Assembly: GCA_964539855.1 (NCBI GenBank)
Contig: CAZIJR010000001.1
Span: 1 to 40,116 of the forward strand
Length of the DNA stretch: 40,116 nt
Origin: an uncultured Candidatus Saccharibacteria bacterium
GTDB lineage: Bacteria > Patescibacteriota > Minisyncoccia > Minisyncoccales > Staskawiczbacteraceae
Direction of reading: 5' to 3'
Under the pieces are notes generated by a model that did no database searches, was not told where the DNA came from, and was given only the letters and a program-made list of their open reading frames with translations. The number at the start of each line of letters is the position of its first letter. The first letter of the stretch is position 1. The position numbers and the translations under genes were made by a program. This document shows, in pieces, positions 34,147 through 40,116 of this stretch.

Positions 34147-35068
34147 TGGTTTTGTTTAACTTAAATTTAATAAATAATACTGCTGTGGCTAAAATTATGG
34201 TTAGCGCCAAAACTATAAAAAATAAAAACCAAGGATTATTATTTTTAATTTTTTCTTGGTTTTCTACAATATTCTGACTTATACTTGCTAATCCCGCCTC
34301 GGCATTATTATTCTTAACAGAATTTTCCTCTTTTGGCAAGTCTTTTGAGTCTGTTTTAGCCTGGTTAAGCGCGATAATATTTTTTGTACCTGGCGTCAAA
34401 TTTGTGCTCCATTGCCAATCAGAACCCATTCTATTATAAGATTGGTTTAGATTCGCTTTGGGATATGAAGCCGAATCAACTTTTTTGTCTGCTGGAGTTA
34501 AAAGGGTTATAGCGTCTTCATCGTTATTTAAGGTTATGTTTGTTTCGGGGCGAGAAAAAACCAAGTACCCATCAGCAGAAATAATTTTTCCAGTAGGAAC
34601 AATATATGTTGTTTGTGTTCCCGCAGAATCTTGTATTTTCCATCCAGCTAAATCAACATCAAAGGTATTAGAATTAAATAGTTCTATCCATTCGTTTTCC
34701 TCGTCAGCCCCCTCTGCAGACGGCAAAATTTCATTGATAAAAATACCAGAGGGATAAACTATTTTAAGCTCTGTGTTGGGAATAAGAGAGTCTTCTTTTT
34801 GGATTTGTTCGCCTTGGCAGCTTACACAGGCCAGTCCCTGGTCTTTAATTTTTTGCAGAGTTTTTTCTCCAATTCCGCTTACTTTAATTAAATCATCTAC
34901 AGAAGAAAAAGGACGGGCGTCAATTATCGCTTGCGCCTTTACTGCTCCTATCCCAGTTAGTGTTTCTATCTGTGCTAGTGAAGCAATATTAATGTCTATT
35001 GTGCCTTGAGCAAAAACACAAAAAGGTGGAAACAAAAATAATGTTAAAAGTAATAAAAGCTTTTTCAT
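34133..35068 (-). CDS. ComEA-like helix-hairpin-helix DNA-binding protein fused to a lamin-tail domain, with a C-terminal TM anchor
   Basis: Signal peptide. HhH pair IDINIASLAQIETLTGIGAVKAQAIIDARPFSSVDDLIKVSGIGEKTLQKI. LTD-like INEILPSAEGADEENEWIELFNSNTFDVDLAGWKIQD. C-terminal hydrophobic helix FLFFIVLALTIILATAVLFI. Confidence 0.75.
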   Translation of the reverse strand: MKKLLLLLTLFLFPPFCVFAQGTIDINIASLAQIETLTGIGAVKAQAIIDARPFSSVDDLIKVSGIGEKTLQKIKDQGLACVSCQGEQIQKEDSLIPNTELKIVYPSGIFINEILPSAEGADEENEWIELFNSNTFDVDLAGWKIQDSAGTQTTYIVPTGKIISADGYLVFSRPETNITLNNDEDAITLLTPADKKVDSASYPKANLNQSYNRMGSDWQWSTNLTPGTKNIIALNQAKTDSKDLPKEENSVKNNNAEAGLASISQNIVENQEKIKNNNPWFLFFIVLALTIILATAVLFIKFKLNKTNVRT

Positions 35069-35135
35069 AAATGCGTTATTGTATTTTATAATAAAAAATG
35101 TATAAATAGAAATACTAATATAATATTTTAATTAT

Positions 35136-35810
35136 ATGGAAAAGAAAAAAATCTTATTTCTAATAATTTTTACTATTTTAGGCTTATTGGCCTTTCAAAT
35201 AGTTGTTAGCCCAATAATCGGTTCGGGCCAAAACTTTACCTTATTTGAATTTTTGGGACCAATTGGGGGAATGTTTTTAGGTCCTATATTTGGAGCTGTT
35301 TCTGTTTTTTTTGTAAGAGGCTTTAATATAATTGCTTTTCATCAAAAATTAGATATTTTAACAATAATAAGATTTTTACCGGCTATGCTTGCAGCAGTTT
35401 ATTTTGGATTAAAAACCAAAAAAACAGCAATAATATTTCCAATATGTATTGCGTTGTTTTTATTAAATCCAATTGGCAGGCAGGCGTGGGCGTATTCCCT
35501 TATTTGGTTGATTCCGTTTATGGCAACGTTTTTCAAAAAGAAATTAATCTTAAATAGTTTGGGAGCTACATTTACAGCCCATGCAGTAGGCTCTGTAATT
35601 TTCCTTTATGCTTTTGGATTAACTCCAGCCGTGTGGGTTTCTTTAATTCCAATTGTTCTTATTGAGCGCGGAGTTTTTACAGTTGGGATTTATGGTAGTT
35701 GCTTATTGTTTAATTTTCTTTTAGACAAAATAACTAACTTTAAGTTTGCTTCCTCTTTTAAGCCGTTAGTAAACATAGAGTTTTTGCCAAATGCTAGTAA
35801 GGGCAATTAA
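35136..35810 (+). CDS. polytopic membrane protein (about 6 TM); possibly an ECF-transporter S component (vitamin/folate type)
   Basis: 224 aa and hydrophobic throughout. It overlaps the CofE-like gene by 20 nt. The S-component call rests on architecture and context only. Confidence 0.4.
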   Translation: MEKKKILFLIIFTILGLLAFQIVVSPIIGSGQNFTLFEFLGPIGGMFLGPIFGAVSVFFVRGFNIIAFHQKLDILTIIRFLPAMLAAVYFGLKTKKTAIIFPICIALFLLNPIGRQAWAYSLIWLIPFMATFFKKKLILNSLGATFTAHAVGSVIFLYAFGLTPAVWVSLIPIVLIERGVFTVGIYGSCLLFNFLLDKITNFKFASSFKPLVNIEFLPNASKGN

Positions 35811-36531
35811 AACAAGGTCTATATTACCTCCAAAAGATGATTTGCTTTCGGCAATAACCGAAAGCTTTTCTAATATAAAGCTAAAAGAAAAATCTATAAT
35901 TGTCATAACCTCAAAAGTGGTTTCTATTTGGCAGGGCAGATGTTTAAAAATAGATAATAAAATAAATAAAGATAAATTTATAAAAAAAGAAGCAGACCTT
36001 TATTTAGACAGGGTAAGGCCAAACGACGTAATGCTCACTATCAAAGATGGAGTTTTAATACCCACAGCTGGCATAGATGAGAGCAATGCAAATGGATATT
36101 ATGTTTTGTGGCCAAAAGACTTATTTAAAACAGCAAAAGAAATGTATGGTTTTATACAGAAAAAATTTAAACTTAAAAGCTTTGGCATAATAATTTCAGA
36201 TAGCCACACTACCCCCATGACAACCGGCATTATGGGCTTGGGAATTTCTTTTTATGGGTTTTACCCATTGAGGGATTACAGGGGTAAAAAAGATATTTTT
36301 AAAAGAAAAATAAAAATGTCTCAAACAAACATAGTAGATTCTCTGGCAGCTGCCGCAGTTTATGAAATGGGGGAAGGAGCAGAACAAACCCCCATAGCCA
36401 TAATAGAAGAAGTAGGAGATATAAAATTTGGGAAGTTTAATTTTTTAAAAACAAATCCTTTGGAAATAAAAATGCAGGACGATATTTATTATCCCTTGCT
36501 AAAGAGTATAAACTGGAAAAAAAAGATTTAA
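35791..36531 (+). CDS. CofE-like gamma-glutamyl ligase family protein (F420-0:gamma-glutamyl ligase fold)
   Basis: [60 protein letters not shown] and [25 protein letters not shown] follow the CofE family pattern. Confidence 0.7.
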   Translation: MLVRAIKTRSILPPKDDLLSAITESFSNIKLKEKSIIVITSKVVSIWQGRCLKIDNKINKDKFIKKEADLYLDRVRPNDVMLTIKDGVLIPTAGIDESNANGYYVLWPKDLFKTAKEMYGFIQKKFKLKSFGIIISDSHTTPMTTGIMGLGISFYGFYPLRDYRGKKDIFKRKIKMSQTNIVDSLAAAAVYEMGEGAEQTPIAIIEEVGDIKFGKFNFLKTNPLEIKMQDDIYYPLLKSINWKKKI

Positions 36532-37541
36532 ATTAGTTGGTTTTGGGAGTTTGGAGATTTTATGCCCAGGTGTTCATATGCTAGACGGGAAGCTACTCTC
36601 CCGCGCGGAGTACGTTCTAAAAATCCCATTTGCATTAAATAAGGTTCATACATATCTAAAATAGTGTCTTCTTCTTCCATAGCAGCAGCAGCCAGACTCT
36701 GAAGTCCTACTGGTCCCCCATCAAATTTTTCTATTAAAGCTAATAGAATTTTTTTGTCTCCTGGTTCTAATCCCATTTGATCTACTTCTAAAAAACTTAA
36801 AGCATGCTCAGCAATTTCTTTTGTAACTCTACCGTCGCCTTTAACTTCCGCAAAGTCTCTTATTCTTTTTAATAATCTGTTGGCCACTCTTGGTGTGAAA
36901 CGAGACCTGCCGGCAATTATTTTTAAAGCCTCAGGTTCTACTTTAATTTTTAAAAGTTCAGAGGATTTTTTAATTATTTTTTCCATATCTTCGTTAGTGT
37001 AAAAATTTAGCTGAAGCACGGCTCCAAATCTATTTCTTAAGGGTGCCGACAACAAAGCAGGTCTTGTAGTAGCCCCTATTAAAGTAAATTTAGGTAGGTT
37101 TAGTTCCATAGTACGCGCCATAGGTCCTTTTCCTAAAATTAGGTTTAGTTTATAATCTTCCATTGCTGGATAAATATATTCTTCTACTGTTCTGCTCACG
37201 CGATGAATTTCATCTATAAACAAAATGTCACCTTCATTTAAATTTGTTAAGATTGCAGCCAAATCACCGGCCCTTTCTATGGCAGGTCCTGCCGTGATTC
37301 TAATTTCTTTACCCATTTCCAAAGCAATTAGTTGGGCCAAAGTGGTTTTTCCTAAACCCGAGTTGCCGTAAAGTAATAAATGGTCGGGGCTCTGGTTTCT
37401 TTGTTTGGCTGCTGTTATAATAACCCGTATATTTTCTTTTACTTTTTCTTGGCCTACATAATCAGACCATTTTTTGGGCCTTAGGGCAGAATCCAATACT
37501 TCGTCTTCGGCGTTAGGTTTTTTGTCTAAGATACTTGACAT
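36528..37541 (-). CDS. ruvB: Holliday junction branch migration helicase RuvB
   Basis: [19 protein letters not shown], Walker [12 protein letters not shown], Walker [10 protein letters not shown], and the C-terminal winged-helix region. Confidence 0.97.
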   Translation of the reverse strand: MSSILDKKPNAEDEVLDSALRPKKWSDYVGQEKVKENIRVIITAAKQRNQSPDHLLLYGNSGLGKTTLAQLIALEMGKEIRITAGPAIERAGDLAAILTNLNEGDILFIDEIHRVSRTVEEYIYPAMEDYKLNLILGKGPMARTMELNLPKFTLIGATTRPALLSAPLRNRFGAVLQLNFYTNEDMEKIIKKSSELLKIKVEPEALKIIAGRSRFTPRVANRLLKRIRDFAEVKGDGRVTKEIAEHALSFLEVDQMGLEPGDKKILLALIEKFDGGPVGLQSLAAAAMEEEDTILDMYEPYLMQMGFLERTPRGRVASRLAYEHLGIKSPNSQNQLI

Positions 37542-37586
37542 AAGCTATGTAAGCTGATATAATGACAATATTGAAAGCTTTTAGTG

Positions 37587-37722
37587 AAACGGCTCTGGAG
37601 TTGGAGGTATTTATTTGGATTTGTCTCAGCTTCGGATAATCTTGCTCCGGCTCGATTATTCCTCAGACAAATCTTTCTTTATGTCCCAGACATAAAAATT
37701 ACCTCCAACCCCAGAGCCGTTT
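37587..37722 (-). ncRNA. candidate structured RNA or MITE-like palindromic element (136 nt, rod-like fold)
   Basis: 23-nt arms AAACGGCTCTGGAGTTGGAGGTA (37587-37609) and TACCTCCAACCCCAGAGCCGTTT (37700-37722) pair fully apart from one A.C, which becomes G.U in a minus-strand transcript. Inner stems lie at 37618-37626/37665-37673 and 37634-37641/37654-37662. The apical GC-UCCG-GC hairpin is at 37644-37651 and a side hairpin at 37681-37693. Confidence 0.4.
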
Positions 37723-37732
37723 TAATTTGCTC

Positions 37733-39082
37733 TTAAATATTTTTTTCGGGGGCTTCTATTTGGGTTTCTTCTTCCTCTTCAACAACTCTTTGCACTTCTT
37801 CCATTGTTGTGATTCCATTTGCAACGTCTATTAAACCGGATTGGTACATTGTTACCATTCCTTTTTTTATTGCTTTTTCTCTTATTGAAGAAACGGGTGG
37901 GTTGGTCAAAATAAATTTTTCCATATCAGAGTCAATTAAAAACGCTTCAAACAACCCTTGTCTGCCCCTATATCCCGTAAAATTGCAGGCCTGGCAACCA
38001 TCCTTGCTTGGCTTCATTAAGTGTACTTTATTTAAATCGGGAAGTTTTATATCTTTAGGCAAGGTTTTTAAGCCTTTTTTAATTTCTGCTAATTCGGCTG
38101 TTGTTGGTTTTGCAGGAATTGAACATTTTTTACATACTTTTCTGACCAAGCGTTGTGCTACGGCCATTTTTAAAGCCGGGGCAATTGAAGAAGCATCTGT
38201 ACCTAGGTCCACAAGTCTTGGGATGGTTCCAGCTGCATCATTGGTGTGTAATGTACTTAACACCAAGTGACCAGTCAAAGCTGCCTGCAAGGCTATTTTA
38301 GCGGTTTGAAGGTCTCTTATCTCGCCCACCAGAATAACGTCTGGGTCTTGTCTTACAATTGATCTTAGTCCTTCTGCAAAAGTATATCCTTTTTCTGGAG
38401 CCACTTGGGTTTGAGAAACTCCGCCTAAGTGGTATTCAATAGGATCTTCAATAGTTATTATTTTTATTTCAGAGTTTTGTATTTTTTTTAAAAAAGCATA
38501 AAGCGTTGTTGTTTTACCAGACCCAGTAGGGCCTGTAACAATTATCATGCCGTTTGGCTTTGCTATTTCTTTTTGAAAAATTTTCAGGAGGTCAGGCCTT
38601 AATCCCAAGTCATCCAAGCTAATTAAGCTTTTTGGATTTAAAATTCTCATCACAATCGATTCCCCATATTCAGCGGGCAAGCTGGAAGTTCTTATTTCTA
38701 TTAATAAATCTTCCAGTCCAATTGTAAATCTGCCGTCTTGAGGTTTGTCTGTAATATTAAGTTTTAGTTTTGAAAGCAGCTTTAAGCGGCTCAGCAAATG
38801 ATGGTAAGTTTTATGGTCAAAAAAAACAACATCCTGTAAGATGCCGTCCAGCCTCACCCTTAATCTTGCGTTTTTTTCTTCCGGTTCAATGTGTATATCA
38901 GAAGCATTGAGCAAAATGGCTCCGAACAATGCAACATCTAATAGTTCTGTAATGCTTTGGGAAAGATATTCTTCAATCTTTTTTTTAAATCCCGCGATAT
39001 CTTTAATGTTGTTTTTTCCCTCCTCTACGATTTTAGTAGAGATTGTCACAGACCCTAATATTCTTTTTGTTTCCTCTGGCAT
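37733..39082 (-). CDS. GspE/PilB-family type II secretion / type IV pilus assembly ATPase
   Basis: ASDIHIEP, Walker A GPTGSGKTTTLYA, GEIRD, and a C-terminal Cys cluster (CKKCS...CQACNFTGYRGRQGLFE). Confidence 0.9.
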   Translation of the reverse strand: MPEETKRILGSVTISTKIVEEGKNNIKDIAGFKKKIEEYLSQSITELLDVALFGAILLNASDIHIEPEEKNARLRVRLDGILQDVVFFDHKTYHHLLSRLKLLSKLKLNITDKPQDGRFTIGLEDLLIEIRTSSLPAEYGESIVMRILNPKSLISLDDLGLRPDLLKIFQKEIAKPNGMIIVTGPTGSGKTTTLYAFLKKIQNSEIKIITIEDPIEYHLGGVSQTQVAPEKGYTFAEGLRSIVRQDPDVILVGEIRDLQTAKIALQAALTGHLVLSTLHTNDAAGTIPRLVDLGTDASSIAPALKMAVAQRLVRKVCKKCSIPAKPTTAELAEIKKGLKTLPKDIKLPDLNKVHLMKPSKDGCQACNFTGYRGRQGLFEAFLIDSDMEKFILTNPPVSSIREKAIKKGMVTMYQSGLIDVANGITTMEEVQRVVEEEEETQIEAPEKNI

Positions 39083-39106
39083 TATTTTATGTGGCGCGTT
39101 TTTTAA

Positions 39107-39856
39107 TTACGCGCTATAAATTTGTTGTTTTGTATAAATATGGCTTGCTATCTCTTTTAGGTCGGCTCCTTTTTTCATCAAACTGCCAGCTATTTCAAAA
39201 ATATCAGCCGTTATGTTATTTTTAAAATTTTCCGTATAAATGACAAGGCCCGACAAAAGACAACTGGCCAACTCTTTTTTTATCGAATCTTCGTCAGTAT
39301 TTTTTATAAGGGTAAAAATTGTTTCCGTTAGAGAAGATTCTGCCAGTAAATTAATTTTACCAAATTTTTTGTTTTCTGTCGCGTCTATTGTATTATCTAT
39401 GTTTAAAATTGGGGAATCCAGCAAAAACCCAAAAGAGTTTAATTTGTTTTTAAGCTGTTCGGAATAATCTTTTATGCCTACGGTTATAACTAGGTCGGGT
39501 TTTGTTTCTGAAAAGTAAAAAGAAATATCTTCTTTTTTTATACTTCCACTTTCCAATGTCAAAAATATTTTAACGGCTTCGCTATTTTTTTCATAATGGA
39601 TTTGTGAAACATCAGCAATTCTGTTTGGGACTGAAATTACAAAGTTTTTAGGGTAAGAAATAAAGTCTAAGGATGGGGTTAAAAATTTTAAATTTTCGGG
39701 TACGGCATCTATAATTAAGTTTACATTTTTACCCATTTCTTTTAAAGTATAAAAAAGAGCCAGCGTGGAGGTCACAGCCTCTGGAACATCAGAGGGTATA
39801 AGACAAATATTTTTTGCTTCGGCAATAATTTGATTAGATTCTTGTATGTTTTCCAT
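39107..39856 (-). CDS. DHH-family (NrnA-like) homolog with degenerate catalytic motifs
   Basis: The layout follows NrnA, but motif I reads ICLIPSDVPEAVTS instead of the H..D.D pattern. The DHH motif reads LNIDNTIDATENKKFG, that is DNT in place of DHH. Confidence 0.4.
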   Translation of the reverse strand: MENIQESNQIIAEAKNICLIPSDVPEAVTSTLALFYTLKEMGKNVNLIIDAVPENLKFLTPSLDFISYPKNFVISVPNRIADVSQIHYEKNSEAVKIFLTLESGSIKKEDISFYFSETKPDLVITVGIKDYSEQLKNKLNSFGFLLDSPILNIDNTIDATENKKFGKINLLAESSLTETIFTLIKNTDEDSIKKELASCLLSGLVIYTENFKNNITADIFEIAGSLMKKGADLKEIASHIYTKQQIYSA

Positions 39857-39902
39857 GATTTTATAATTACTATACCCTATTCGATTTTTAAAAATAAATC
39901 AA

Positions 39903-40116
39903 GTGCAAAAAAAATACATTACAAAAAATTTTAAAGAAACTCAAAAATTTGGCAGAGAATTTGCCCGCTATTTGTCATCCCCGCGAAAACGGGGATCCAG
40001 CGCGTTAGTTTTAGGTTTGTCAGGAAATTTAGGCGGAGGTAAAACTACTTTTCTTCAGGGCCTTGCAAAAGGGCTTGGAATAAAAGAAAAGATTTTAAGC
40101 CCCACTTTTGTAATAA
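39903..40116 (+). CDS. tsaE: tRNA t6A37 biosynthesis ATPase TsaE, 5' part only (runs off the window; GTG start)
   Basis: Manual translation gives [71 protein letters not shown]..., with the TsaE P-loop G.LG.GKT and SPTF motifs. Confidence 0.8.
   Translation, partial: MQKKYITKNFKETQKFGREFARYLSSPRKRGSSALVLGLSGNLGGGKTTFLQGLAKGLGIKEKILSPTFVI
39974..40000 (+). repeat. 27-nt hairpin repeat inserted in frame in tsaE
   Basis: GTCATCCCCGCGAAAACGGGGATCCAG matches the rsmA copy at 23 of 27 positions. One stem pair is changed in a compensatory way (T-A to C-G). It encodes SSPRKRGS. Confidence 0.8.

Noticed and set aside
37587-37722. SRP (4.5S) RNA identity for the structured element
   Set aside because: Neither strand shows the conserved domain IV features: a GNRA-capped helix with the AGCA/GGAA-type symmetric and asymmetric loops. 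The apical loop is UCCG on the plus strand and CGGA on the minus strand.
37809-38270. 153-aa plus-strand ORF; similar antisense ORFs include 4289..4684, 12639..13055, 14606..15174, 19007..19270, 20015..20356 and 29835..30134
   Set aside because: All lie antisense within well-supported genes and lack any recognisable motifs.
1-40116. CRISPR arrays, rRNA genes, prophage or integrase genes, and alternative genetic code (UGA recoding)
   Set aside because: I saw no regularly spaced direct repeats and no rRNA-like sequence. The only recombinase-type gene is the HUH transposase. All conserved genes give full-length products under the standard code, so recoding is not indicated.

Overview
AT-rich (about 30% GC on the lines I hand-counted), tightly packed bacterial chromosomal segment read with the standard genetic code. 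Small genes, little Shine-Dalgarno signal and VirB2-like 'pilin' proteins suggest a Patescibacteria/CPR-type organism; that assignment is inference only. The housekeeping backbone has three complete tRNAs and one truncated tRNA around cca, then rpsO-NYN-pnp, a DksA/TraR-type protein, a LysM/M23 peptidase and rsmA. It also contains the replication-origin neighbourhood (jag-yidC-rnpA-rpmH divergent from dnaA-dnaN, with perfect DnaA boxes on both sides of dnaA). Further right are a class A PBP, ruvC, yebC, a ComEA-like protein, a membrane protein plus a CofE-like ligase, ruvB, a PilB/GspE-type ATPase, a degenerate DHH-family protein and the start of tsaE. The accessory part lies at about 10.3-25.6 kb. 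It starts with a RAYT-like HUH transposase bracketed by identical 23-nt palindromes. A roughly 14-kb type IV secretion-like cluster follows: a small membrane protein, a VirB6/TrbL-like protein, a PrgI/VirB3-like protein and a VirB4 ATPase encoded as two in-frame ORFs. After these come four consecutive proteins that fuse a VirB2-like membrane hairpin to large extracellular domains, one of them 1041 aa with about 72 cysteines. I recognised no coupling protein, relaxase or VirB11. The cluster is interrupted by a single opposite-strand SPFH gene of about 50% GC. Other points of note are a 27-nt hairpin repeat inserted in the same frame in rsmA and tsaE, a 136-nt rod-like structured element between gspE and ruvB, and a strongly promoted and terminated gene for a tiny, extremely acidic protein.
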